Assembly: GCF_018350175.1 (NCBI RefSeq)
Contig: NC_058368.1
Coordinates: forward strand, 47,928,001 to 47,988,000
From: Felis catus
Lineage: Eukaryota
DNA: 60,000 nt
Direction of reading: 5' to 3'
Shown here: positions 23,080 through 34,440 of the stretch, in pieces
How the letters are laid out: each line of letters begins with the position of its first letter
How positions within the stretch are numbered: the stretch's first letter is position 1
Program-made: the position numbers and the translations under genes
Notes under the pieces: generated by a model
What the model was told of the DNA's origin: nothing
What the model saw: the letters and a program-made list of their open reading frames with translations, nothing else
Database searches by the model: none

Positions 23080-24280
23080 TTATTTTTCTAAAGAATGTGC
23101 TTTTTCCAATGTATTCTTACTATCTGGAGTTTTTTCATAAAACTGCCTGCAATCTTTTTCAGTGTTGAATTTTATGATTTAAAATTTGAAATTGTGACAC
23201 TTTATTTATTCTTCTTTCTAAAACAGAATATTTAAAATGAAGACTATTCTCTCTCTTCTAACACTGGGATATCTGGTAAGCTTAGAGCAGATCCTGTTAA
23301 TTGAGGACATCCTCACTTCTCATTTGTTCTTTTTGAGAAGGGAGAGTAGACTGCTTAAATATTTGAGCTTATTTTTTTTACACTTATTGTCTTTTTTCCT
23401 CCACTCAAATTATCTTTCTTCTCTACTATTTTTGTAAGACAAAGCCCTCTCATACACTCATCTTCATTTATGCTTATTTTGATTATTATACAGATGTTGA
23501 TGCCATAAAATTATAGTCTCTCTCAATTTCTTTTTACTTCTGTATAAAACATGATTTTTTTTCAATAACAAAAAAGAGCTCTATCAAAATATTCTCCCCA
23601 CAAGTGAAGAAATTCTAAAACACAATTGCAGATTCATGCAATCAAATCTTGGATGAAGAGTGAGCTCTTATCACTGAATATATTCAGTTCCTGTTTGCTC
23701 TTGTAAGGGTCAGTTTCAGTGCCTTCATATCTGTAAGCTTTGGTTCCAATCGCTGCAATTTGTGAAAGCTCAAAATTTGAAGGTTATTTTTAATGCCCCA
23801 TGTATTGACTGCTTTGATCAAAGACTTCTAGCTGATGCTAAACAAAATACAACCCAAATTCTGAAGACTTGTTTACAGAAAGCACATTATCATTGCAGGA
23901 CACTTTGGTTGATTTACAAAGTAGAATTTCAAAAAGACACGCTTGGGGCACCTGGGTGGCTCAGTCTTTTAAGCATGCAACTCTTGATTTTGGCTCAGAT
24001 CATAATCTCATGGTTCATGGGATTGAGCCCTGCATCGGGCTCTGGGCTGACTGCATGGAACCTGCTTGGGATTCTCTCTCCCTCTCTCTCTGCCCCTTCC
24101 TCACTCATGCTCTCTGTACCTCTCTTGAAATGAACATTAAAAAAAAGAGACACTTATGAACTCCAATTGTTGTCAGGCATTAAAGTGAAGAAGAATTTAC
24201 TGCTCTGCTGAAATAATTTGTATATTCAATATTTAGTAGTTAGTTCAGTTACTTTGTGTAAATATAAAAATAATATTTCT
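23080..24280 (-). pseudogene. Decayed hAT transposase (C-terminal half, including dimerisation-domain region)
   Basis: Manual minus-strand translation: LKFYFVNQPKCPAMIMCF, CNCVLEFLHLWGEYFDRA, ALSLPDIPVLEER, IKFNTEKDCRQFYEK; many stops and frameshifts. Confidence 0.72.
23945..24145 (+). mobile_element. Can-SINE inside the Blackjack relic
   Basis: Head/(CT)n/poly-A; degenerate TSD around agacac. Confidence 0.95.
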
Positions 24281-25659
24281 ATTATGATCAGCAGATGACC
24301 ACAGGCTTTTGCATGCACTTTTGAAGGATGGGAGCACCAGAATCAATTCCTAGAACATATCTGCTCCAAAGTTATCCAAATTAATTATCCCCATCTGCTG
24401 CTGTCTGAGCATCTTTGTTTTACCAACCCACGTTGCCCCTGAAGCAAGGTGGTAGTTACATTGTATCACAAAAGGGTCAGGGCAAAGGGGATGATTTACC
24501 AGGCTGTCTTTGCGATTTAACCAAGTGTTAAAGTGAAATTGTCGGCTGTGCCTGTGGTTCACATACTATAGCTGCAACCGAGGCAGATATTTAAAGTACG
24601 AAGCGAGGGCTCTCTCACACTCCTTCCAACGTATTTTGAAGCAACTATTAGTAATATTGCCTCATTTTAAAAAACGAAAAAGTTTGGAACAAATGGTAAA
24701 CCGGACAGTATACCAGGACAGCAGGTGTAAAATAGATGTGTTCTGGGGAAACTGGTACAAATGGTCACCTTATTTATGATACAGAACAGAGAAATGAGGC
24801 TATAGTTGGAGGGAGATACGAGGTCAAAAGAGTGTGTTTGTTGCTTGTTTTTAAGACGGAAGAGACAAAGAAATGCCCTCAGTGTTACAGCGTTTGGGGT
24901 AAAGGCTCATGATGCAGACTAGAACCATCAAAAAGAACTTTTCTTTTTGGTTAAGAGACCATCCTTGGAGTAGTTTTGACTAGAATAATATCAAGGAAGG
25001 GTTGGGGATGGGTCATCACAATGGAGGGACCTGCATAGTAAAGACAGGTTAAATGAAGCAAAACCCAAAAATAGAAGCAAATTTCTTAGGAGAATATATT
25101 TATATAGGAGCAGAGAAATGGATCAAGGGAAGAATCCTAAAAATAGGTGAAAAAAGAGTCAGTTAGACAGAGGTCAGAAGAGCACAAAGTCATGAAAGCC
25201 AAAAGAGGAATTTTGAGTGTGAAGGAATGACCCGCAGAATCAAGTGCAACAGAAGCCCCAGAATGTTAGAGGTGATCATTGAGAGGTCACCTGGCAACTT
25301 CCAGGGCAGTGTGGTGGGGGTGAGAGCAGCAGTGATGGAGGTCACTGTGAGGCTGGCTGGCTGCACCCTTACCTACAGTGAGCAGAACACTATCTAAAAG
25401 TACAAAAGTGCAGGCTTCAAGCTTTCCATCAGAATGGGCATGTGATTCCCTGGATGGTGCCATTGGTCCGCATTTATGTTGAGGGAAGGGATGAAATAGA
25501 ATTGGACAGGTTTGAGAAAAAGGAGATGAGATGTCAATAGAGGATACCCCCAGGGAACCCCATCTGGATTTTGTCAACCAGAAAGGATGACAAGGGCAGA
25601 TGAGGAGGGGCTCTTTTTGGACTTGATGAACAAATTACATTCTGCAGTGATAAGTTTAT

Positions 25660-26020
25660 TTAATTGTTTACTTACCTATTGTCCCTGTCACCAATTAGAG
25701 AAAAAAAAGTTCATGAGGACAGGTACTATTTCTTTCTTTTTTTCTTTTCTTTTTAAAAATTTTATTTGAGAGAGAGAGAGAGAGAGCGCTTGAGGCGAGT
25801 AGAAGGGCAGAGGGAGAAAGAGAGAAAATCCATGCTGGGAGTGGAGCCTGATGCAGGGCTCGATCCCATGACCCTGGGATCATGACTTGAATAATCAAGA
25901 GTAAATGCTCAACCAACTGAGCCACCCAGGAGCCCCAGGACAGGTACTGTTTCTGTTTTACTTCATCCTGTATACCTGGTGCCTGGCACACATGTTAAAT
26001 GCTCAATCTTTGCTAGTGAA
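25660..26020 (+). mobile_element. L2 3' tail split by a SINE
   Basis: gttcatgaggacaggtact...cctggtgcctggcacacatgttaaatgctcaat...gtgaat. Confidence 0.7.
25734..25936 (-). mobile_element. Can-SINE (older subfamily)
   Basis: TSD aggacaggtactRtttct. Confidence 0.95.
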
Positions 26021-26451
26021 TCTAAGGACTAGAAAGGTCTGTCATTTTCTGAGGCTGCAGGAGACTTCCAAATATTGGATTAGGCATTCCAACAAGACTT
26101 GTAATGAATATAAACGGTCAATCACACTGTCATTTTAAGTTATCATTTTTATTTAAGAGTAGGAGCACAGACTGTAATTCAACCTTGGGAGGCTAAAATG
26201 GAGCCCCCCAAAATATAGATACATTATTTCGCCTAATATTTTCAAGAAGTGTGTGCTAAAACAGTTGTTGGACCGTGTTTTCACTGATGAGAAAATCAAC
26301 AGCTTGCCTGTGACAATCACACAGCTGGTTTGTAGTAGTGATCTGGTCTGAACCCAGCTTGGTCGGCTTCCAAAGTCCATGTTTATGTTCTTACATAGGT
26401 GCCCTGTGGATTCATGGTTTTCAATTATGTCTGGACATTCTGATGTTTCTT

Positions 26452-26686
26452 CCTCTCTTTTTTTAATTTCAAAAAGTATTTTTTATTTATTTTTAGAGAG
26501 AAAGAGAGAGCGTGTGAGCAGGAGCTGGGGAGGGGCAGAGAAAGAGGGAGAGAGAGAATCCCAAGCAGCAGGCTCTGCACTGTCAGTGTGGAGCCCAATG
26601 TAGGCTTGAACCCACGAACCGTGAGACTATGACCTGGTCTGAAATCAAGAGTCGGCCGCTTAACCGACTGAGCCATGCTGGCGCCC
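26452..26686 (-). mobile_element. Can-SINE
   Basis: TSD ctgatgtttctt (26440-26451, 26687-26698). Confidence 0.96.
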
Positions 26687-27599
26687 CTGATGTTTCTTTC
26701 AATTGTCACTTTGACGTGCTTTTTGGGTGACTGACATTGGCCGCAATGTCCAGTAGAATGTGAACTCCAAGAGGGTAGGCAGTTACTTTTTATTCCCTGC
26801 CATGTTTTGCTCCCTGCAATGTTTTCCTAGCACCTGGGTCATGGTATGTGCTTAGCAACTATTTGTCGAATTGATGGAGGAATGAAAAAATACTTCCAGG
26901 AGTGCTTTTTTTCTGGTAGGTCTTTGAGGTCTGTGAACATCCACGCTTCTCGGCGGGGCGGGGAGAGTACCAGTTTCAGCTCTTGCCGCCAACTGAATAA
27001 ATGATGGATATCAGGGGAGGTGGAAGAGAACGATTTGGGGAGAGGGCCTGAGGAAGCCAAGTACATGGATGGGGATGATTTGGCGGAGTTTACCTGCTCT
27101 GCAGTTTGGCCGAGGCTTGACGAAGACGCCTGTCTGTGGTTTGTCGATCACCCTGCCACTGAGCTTGAAGCTAAGGGTGTTTGCAAATGGTTGGCTGGTC
27201 CTGATCTCTTATTCAACGTATGAGAACAGAAATCTTTCCCTAAAGTTACCTAACTGGCTTCGAGTGGTGAGGATTATGAACAAAACAGTATTTCAAGTGA
27301 TGGCGATAAGTATGTGGAAACCTACTATGTATTTAGATCAGCACAAGACAATTTAATATTTACAATGATTCTTTTATTCATTCAATAAATATGTATTTGA
27401 CACCTCCTCTGGGCCAAACATTAACAAACATTGTGTTACTGTATATAGCTTATAGAGAATGCTAGAGCCACTGCTGACTTTCAAACATACTAACGAGGAA
27501 CTAATCACTGTTAGTATGTGCAGATTATTTAAAGCTAGTCTGAATTAATTTTGAATGCAATCCATATTTGCTATCCTTGTTCTCTGCCTGACAGACTAT

Positions 27600-28156
27600 T
27601 ATATTAGCGCATGGACCCACTTGGGCCCCTAGAGTTGATATAAAGATTATTTTATTTCAAGATTTTAAGTAATCTCTATACCCCATGTGGGCCTCAAACT
27701 CACAACCCAACCCAAGATCAAGAGTCTCACCCTTTACTGAATGAGCCTGCCAGGCACCCTGGCATAAAGATGATTTTAAAGTGAAAATATTTGATCTACA
27801 GAAGCTGCAAATAGAAATCTTACCAGAACTTTCCCTGATCTAACTGAAGCAGAGCCTCCTGAAGGCACACCTGTCATTAACCTCCCTCAGAGGAGTTTCC
27901 TGAAAATTCAGCGTCATGGAAACAGACTGACCATTCCCATAAGCAGCAAAAGCCCCAGTAGGACTTTCCATACTCTCTTACTTAAAGCCCGAAAATGGCC
28001 CCCTTTCGTTAACATGATATAGATAAACCTTACTCGTTGCTAACAACTCCCATGTGCAAGTGTAAACAAACCTTATCTTTTCTCCTTTTATTCTGTCAGT
28101 TAATTTGCAGGTCCCCAATCACTAGACCCGTTGGTAGAGAATTTTCCCTCCCAACA
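27600..28156 (+). mobile_element. ERV1 solo LTR (MER34-like), split by an old SINE
   Basis: ataaagattattttaaagtgaaa...; 3' end ttttctccttttattctgtcagttaatttgcaggtcccc...ggtagagaattttccctcccaaca. Confidence 0.62.
27655..27760 (-). mobile_element. Short old Can-SINE (SINEC_old-like)
   Basis: aagtaatctctataccccatgtggg...caagatcaagagtc...ccaggcaccc; TSD ataaagatKatttta. Confidence 0.85.
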
Positions 28157-28279
28157 TTAGCATATTATTGCCTAGCAATTCACAGTTTAACAGTAGGATT
28201 TTTAACGATGCAGTACAGTAAATCCAAGTTATGCTTAACATTTATTACTTTCACCAGTGCTTATAGGCAAAAACACATC

Positions 28280-28510
28280 CGGGGACATAGTGTTTAACAC
28301 TATGTGTATTTGAATACTGACTGCTCCGTTGCTAGCTGTGTGACCTTGAACAAACAAATTATTCTCTCTGTGCCTCAGTTTTCTTACCCATAAAATGGGA
28401 GTAAAAATAGTACCTCAAGGGGTGGCTTTGAGGATAAAATGCATTAACAAATGTAAAGCTCTTAGAGTAGGGAAGGTGTATAGTTAGGGCTCAATTAGAT
28501 AGTTTTATTC
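28280..28510 (+). mobile_element. MIR
   Basis: gctagctgtgtgaccttgaacaa...ctctctgtgcctcagttttcttacccataaaatggg...tgtaaagctcttag. Confidence 0.85.
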
Positions 28511-28696
28511 CAAGGTCTCCACAGGGGTGGTGGGGGTCTTGGCCACATCTCTTGCTGATATTCTCAACAGCAGCTATCCACTGTTTCCTTACTTTGTTTC
28601 TTGACCTAAGGGAGTATTTTTGAATTAATGTCAGTGTTGACATAGAATGTTCTTTTTTTTCCAGAACACTAGTGTTTACTTTTCTATAATGTTTTT

Positions 28697-28948
28697 TTCT
28701 TTTTTTTCTTGTTTTTTTTTCTTTTTTTTTAAATTTTTTTTTTAACGTTTATTTATTTTTGAAACAGAGAGAGACAGAGCATGAACAGGGGAGGGGCAGA
28801 GAGAGAGAGGGAGACACAGAATCTGAAACAGGCTCCAGGCTCTGAGCTGTCAGCACAGAGCCCCACGCGGGGCTCAAACTCACAGACCGCGAGATCATGA
28901 CCTGAGCTGAAGTCGGACACTTAACCGACCAAGCCACCCAGGCGCCCC
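28697..28948 (-). mobile_element. Young Can-SINE
   Basis: Near-consensus; TSD tctataatgttttt. Confidence 0.97.
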
Positions 28949-28964
28949 TCTATAATGTTTTTAG

Positions 28965-28998
28965 TGAAAAATTTTGTTTAATTAATTCATTCATTTAT

Positions 28999-29043
<45 letters not shown>

Positions 29044-29198
29044 ACAGGTGGGGAAGGGACAGAGAAAGGGAGGGAGAGAGAATCTCAAGCAGGCTCCACA
29101 CTGTCAGCGAGGAGACAACGCAGGGCTCAAACTCACAAACCTGATCAAGATCTGAGCCAGAGTTGGACACTCAACTGACTGAGCCACCCACATGCCCC
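28965..29198 (-). mobile_element. Can-SINE
   Basis: Antisense, long (GA)n; TSD tataatgttttt. Confidence 0.93.
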
Positions 29199-29544
29199 TA
29201 TATAATGTTTTTTTATTTTTAAAACTATCTTATGGTTTCTGAATATCTTGGGCTCATTACAGAAACTTGCAAAGTTTTGAGCATTCAAAACCAATGGAAA
29301 TGTCAGTATACTTTGAAAGGTCTATTAGGAATGCAAACATGAAGCCACCAGTACTGTAAATAATTACAATAAAGAAAGTAATTACACCCACTAACTGGTA
29401 CTTTGCAGGCCATTCGGTTTCCAGAACTTGGCTGTGATGAGTCAGAAACAAAAGGAGAGGAAGAATAATCTGTTTCTAAGTGTATAGAATTTTGCTAATC
29501 TTGTTTATCTGAAGTCAGGGTCAATACTCCTACAGTTTAAATAG

Positions 29545-29780
29545 CAGTAATAATGATTATCATTTATTGACACTTACCAAATGTCAGGTTCCCGGCTAAT
29601 CTTTTCATAAACATTATCTCATATGACCTTTAATGAAATCCAGTATGATAGGTATTATTATTTCTGATCAATAAATGAGGACACTGAGCATTGTAAGGTT
29701 TAAATAACATGTCTAAATTCACACGTGTAGGATGTGGTGGGTGTTCTATTTGAAGCCACTTAGGAGTATCTAATTCTATA
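29545..29780 (-). mobile_element. MIR
   Basis: catttattgacacttacc...ataggtattatta...aaatgaggacactgag...ggtttaaataacatgtctaa. Confidence 0.8.
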
Positions 29781-29789
29781 CCCTGATTA

Positions 29790-29967
29790 CTTTTTTTTTT
29801 TTTTAAGATTATTTATTTATTTTGGGAGAGAGAGGGAGAATCTGAAGCAGGCTCTGCCCTGTCAGTGCAGAGCCTGACGCAGGGCTCGAACTCATGAACC
29901 GTGAGATCGTGACCTGAGCCGAAATCAAGAGTCAGATGCTTAGCCGACTGAGCCACCCAGGAGCCCC
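29790..29967 (-). mobile_element. Can-SINE
   Basis: Antisense, poly-T, head ending ggagcccc. Confidence 0.95.
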
Positions 29968-29985
29968 AGTAAAGCCAGACTTCTT

Positions 29986-30216
29986 GGGGCGCCTGAGTGG
30001 CCCAGTCGGTTAAGCATCTGACTCTTGATTTCGACTCAGGTCACGATCTCACGGTTCATGAGTTTGAGCCTCAAGTGGGGCTCTGCACTGACGGTGTGGA
30101 GCCTGCTTCGGATTCTCTCTCTCCTTCTCTCTCTGCCCCTCCCCTGCGTGGGCTCTTTCTTTCTTTCTCTCTTTCAAAAGTAAATAAATGAACATTGAAC
30201 AAAAACTGAAAAACCT
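29986..30216 (+). mobile_element. Can-SINE
   Basis: TSD aaagccagacttctt. Confidence 0.96.
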
Positions 30217-32285
30217 AAAAGCCAGACTTCTTAACCACCTCACTGAACAGCTCACATGGTCTTGGTATTCGTTCCGCCCTTGGACGGCTTCTGGAGTTTG
30301 CGGAGGAACTACACGTGGGAGTCATATTTTATGCAACACAAATCTCAGAAGTGGGCATAAGTGCATATCCATGTATGCAATGTAAACATACATTAACAAC
30401 ACAAAGAGTTTTACTAAAAAATACTTCTGTGAATGCAAAGGACGTTAATTTCTCTTCCTTGTTCTCATTTCCTTCCTCCTCTTTACCCTTCCTCTTCCAG
30501 CTCCTCCTCTTCCTTCTGCACAAAAGACTAGAGGCACATGAAGACAGAATATGACCCTGGTTGCAGAGGCTGACCTGATCCTATGGAAAGGATTAACTTC
30601 TGACCCCGGAGATGCTTTCAGTTGCCCTCATGTTCTCATGCTTTGCTTTGTTAGCCTTCATACTTACCATGCCTCTTTCCTCTAAAGATCTCAAAGGCTC
30701 TGAAACTCATGTTATTGTCGGAGGGATGTGACTCAAATATATGCAGATTTAACTTGAAATCTTAAAGAAGCATGAGTAATTTAGGGGAAGCCTTGCTTAG
30801 TCGGTGCCGACTTGCTTCTTTTCCCTGTGGTGAGCATGAATTTTCTGAATCAGCTAGTGTACTCTCTGAAGTAGAATGGTGACCTGGCACCTCTTTTTGT
30901 TGAATCAGAGGGTGCTGTGTGCTCACGTTTCCTTTGGGTTGAGTGTCTACATGAAGATCTTTCACGAGTACTTTTTATTCGTGGAACGCATCAGATAACA
31001 AGCAGCGGCAAAGGCTAACTCCGAGGGATGCCAGCAGGACTACTCACTCAGAGGAAATAGTTGGTGATAAAGAATCATCTGCAGCTAAAGGCTTTTATTT
31101 CCCCTTCCCAGCTTGTTTCATGTTTAAATATCGCTTATACGGGGGGAAAAAAAAGCCAGTGATATTTTGAGTGTGTGTGCATTATTTTTTAAGTCGAGGT
31201 GATTCTAATATGATCAGCAGAAATCGTGAATGACTAATTTGGGTTCTGCTTGTTACAAAAACATCTGTGTGATTTCTTTTTCTGATAAGTACATTTGATT
31301 GAGGGTATTCCAGAAAATTCTGCTTTTTACATTTAAATACTCTCGGGAAATATTTATTTATGCTTATTGTGTACAAAGCTCTGTACTAGACACTGGGGAG
31401 GGAGGTTATCGGAAGGAAAGAGGAAAGAGACGTCAAGAAAACTACAACTCTCGCAAGTGCTTAGTATCTGGAAGAGAAGGCATCGCATATACACGCTGGA
31501 AGGAGGGGAGAGTGGTTGGTCTCTTATATCGACTATGTGTGATATGAAATCTCCAGTTTCCAAACAGGGACCTTGAGGTTGGAATTATCGCTGCTAACAC
31601 ATCTGGTTCTAGCAATACCCTTTCACATCTTCTGATTCCAAATATTCCTGCAACCATCACACATCATTAATCAGCCCATGCTAGATGGATATTAGCCAAG
31701 TGAACTGAAAGTAATAGAAAATACAAAGAAGAGGGGAAAACATCTTCCAAACAATGTAAAGCTCTTTTACTTTCTAGTTTTAGTGCTAACTTCGTGCGCT
31801 TTCTGTTCTGAGCAACGGTGTCCTAACTCTCGTCTCCCTTGTTCACCTCTACCCCAAAATACAGCTACCAAGTAGCTATTTAAAAATAATCATTACTCAG
31901 GGGAAGAAATAATGAAAGAATCGTGTTAAAGTCTTTTTGCTGTGAAGGAAAAGGGAGAAGGGAAGAATTTTCTGGGGGAAAGCGAAATAAATTTTTGTAG
32001 AATCTTAGACTCAAGGTGAATCTTAGCGATTGAGATGGATATTCCTCCAGGAGAAAATTCCTACTTTCCAATCCCTGACGGTTGCTCAAGTAGTTCCAAA
32101 GGCTTCAATGCTTCACATGACTTCTGGGTGACTCCTTTTGTGTGTCCCCTCTCAAGGATTAGTCAGGTTTTTCTCAGTCGCAGGTGACAGAAAGCTGATT
32201 CAGTGTGGCATAAGCAAAAATAGGAACCTATTGCTCTATGTAAGTGGATAGACATGGTGAACGCAGGAATTTGTAGACTGTCTTT

Positions 32286-32515
32286 TTTTTTTTTTTTTTA
32301 ATTTTTTTTTTTCAACGTTTATTTATTTTTGGGACAGAGAGAGACAGAGCATGAACGGGGGAGGGGCAGAGAGAGAGGGAGACACAGAATCAGAAACAGG
32401 CTCCAGGCTCTGAGCCATCAGCCCAGAGCCTGATGCGGGGCTGGAACTCACGGACCGCGAGATCGTGACCTGGCTGAAGTCGGATGCTTAACCGACTGCG
32501 CCACCCAGGCGCCCC
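32286..32515 (-). mobile_element. Very young felid SINE (SINEC_Fc-type)
   Basis: Variants tttgggacagag, gagccatcagcccagag, gacctggctgaag, gactgcgccac; perfect TSD tgtagactgtcttt. Confidence 0.97.
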
Positions 32516-32688
32516 TGTAGACTGTCTTTAATAATCTTGTCTCCTCTTTTCTCTGCGTGGGTTCAATATCAGGATCCTCTTCCCATGTTGGGGCAATAAT
32601 AGTTACCAGTAATGATAGATTTATATTATCTTTGCACCTAGGAATTATAGTGAGGACCCAAGCTTCTTTCGTAAAAGAGCTCCAGGGA

Positions 32689-32916
32689 GGGGTGCCTGGG
32701 TGGCTCAGTCAGTTGAGCATCGACTTCAGCTCAGATCATGATCTTGCAGTTCATGAGTTCCAAATGATCTCGCAGCCCATGTCGGGCTCTGTGCTGACAG
32801 CTCAGAGCCTGGAGCCTGCTTCAGATTCTGTGTCTCTATGTCTCCCTCTCTCTGTGCATGCTCTGTCTCTCTCTGTCTTTCAAAAATGAATAAACATAAA
32901 AAAAAAAAAAAAAAAA
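32689..32916 (+). mobile_element. Can-SINE with small internal duplication
   Basis: atgatcttgcag/atgatctcgcag repeated; long poly-A; TSD aaaagagctc. Confidence 0.94.
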
Positions 32917-33192
32917 AAAAGAGCTCGTGGCAAAAAAAAAAAAAAAAAATCCCAAGAAGGACTCTGAAGCTGAGGGGTGTGGTCCTTTCACTTAAGTGTG
33001 TGGATTTGAGAGGGGCAGGGTAATTTCCGGAGAATTATTAGGTGGCTAAATACATACATGTCTACTATATACGTATAATTCAGCATGTTCAAACCATAAC
33101 TCTCCGCGTCTCACTAAATCAGCTCCTCCCTCTTTATTTTCTTCTCAGAGAATGATTGTGCTAAACCAGAACACTTAGAAGCATCCTTTTCT

Positions 33193-33313
33193 AACACTAG
33201 GTGTTATAGTAAGTGATGAATCACTAAATTCTACTCCTGAAATCATTAGCAGTTAACGCTGCATGTTAACTAACTTGGATTTAAGTAACATATAAATATT
33301 AAAAAAAAAAAAA
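33193..33313 (+). mobile_element. Very short 5'-truncated carnivore L1 3' end inside an L2 fragment
   Basis: gtaagtgatgaatcactaaattctactcctgaa...atgttaactaacttggattta + poly-A. Confidence 0.88.
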
Positions 33314-33810
33314 GAGATATCCCTTTCTTTTAACCTCCATAACCAATCATGAAGTCTTTTCAGTTTGGTTTTAATATTTCTCAAATCTGTCCAATTCTAT
33401 TCAATCTGATTATACAATCTTTATTCGGGTTCACCATTATCTCTGGATTTCTGTGAGCCTCCTAACAGGTTCTCCCTGCCTTCCGTCTAAAGGAGTACTG
33501 TGCAATCTAAACCCATCTCTCACTGACAAACAGAGTGACCTTATAAAGCAAAATTCTGATTATTTTACAGCCCAGTTTAAATTACCGCAATAGCTTTCAT
33601 TGCCCTCAGGATAAACACAAAACTCTTTGCATGATTGAAAAGGTCTGTCATGATTTGATCATTGTGTATACGAGTGCCAAAGAATAAAAATGTATTTTGA
33701 TTGTCCATTTTGCTTGGTGGTCATTTAAAACTTTATTTTTATAATAATAGATTTAGCATGAAGCAGAATGCAAATTTTGAATAATTTTAAGAGAAAATAA
33801 TTAGGGTAGA

Positions 33811-34440
33811 TGTGCAGCACTCACTGAGATCTGGCTCTCCTCTCTTTCTGGGCACATGGATGGATTATCCTTCTTGGCCCTGAGGTTGGATGCCTAGTTC
33901 TAGCTAATGACTTGTGAGCAGATCATTACATTGCTGATGGGAGGCCTTCCAGAGTTCTCTTTCCTTTTGACAAAGTAATTTGCAACATTTCAGAGGGCTT
34001 CTTCATCAGCTTGTAATTTTTTTTTTTTTTTAAGAGAGTGAGAGAGCGAGAGAGAGCGTACATACGTGGGGGAGAGGGGCAGAGGGAGAAAGAGAAAATC
34101 TTTTCATTAAAAAGTTTTTTATTTTTTTTTATCTTTAGAGACAGAGTGAGTGGGGAAGGGGCAGAGGGAGAGGGAGAGAGAATCTGAAGCAGGCTCCACA
34201 CTCAGTGCAGAGCCTGACACGGAGCTCGATCCCACACCCCTGGGATCATGACTTGAGCTGAAATCAAGAGTCACCCAGGCACCCCCATCAGCTTGCATCT
34301 TTATGTGGGAATGACGCTAAGCATATTCTCTAGTCAGCTTGTTAGGAACGTGAAGTGAGAGCCAGGAGCAAACCTTTCTGCTTTAAGCAAGTGTTGGGGA
34401 TATTTGTCACTATAGCACAACCCAGCCTATCCTGCCCGAA
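33811..34440 (+). mobile_element. MaLR LTR (MLT1H/I-like) split by a SINE
   Basis: ctgggcacatgga...tagttctagctaatga...aaacctttctgctttaagc...tttgtcactatagcacaacccagcctatcctg. Confidence 0.65.
34014..34285 (-). mobile_element. Can-SINE with two 3' (CT)n/tail modules
   Basis: Single TSD catcagcttg (34004-34013, 34286-34295). Confidence 0.9.

Larger units (their letters stand above)
22669..24772 (-). mobile_element. hAT-Blackjack-like DNA transposon, internally deleted relic
   Basis: Ends resemble MER94/BLACKJACK termini (cgtgtaatttgccatcctaacctggacagttttgagactgaag ... ggacagcaggtgtaaa...atggtcacctta); host L2 resumes after 24772; transposase remnants inside. Confidence 0.75.
20632..24880 (-). 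mobile_element. L2 (long antisense fragment hosting MLT1, SINEs and Blackjack insertions)
   Basis: Starts cattcattcatttgacaagtatt; L2 motifs at 21350-22157; resumes at 24773 with cagagaaatgaggctatagttggagggagat. Confidence 0.75.
32158..33070 (-). mobile_element. MaLR LTR (MLT1J/K-like) interrupted by two SINEs
   Basis: attagtcagg...gtcgcaggtgacagaaa...ggcataagcaaaaataggaa; aaatcccaagaaggactctga; atgtctactata. Confidence 0.55.

Noticed and set aside
26944..26954. cgcttctcggc matches the 5' end of U2 snRNA
   Set aside because: Only 11 nt; similarity does not continue.
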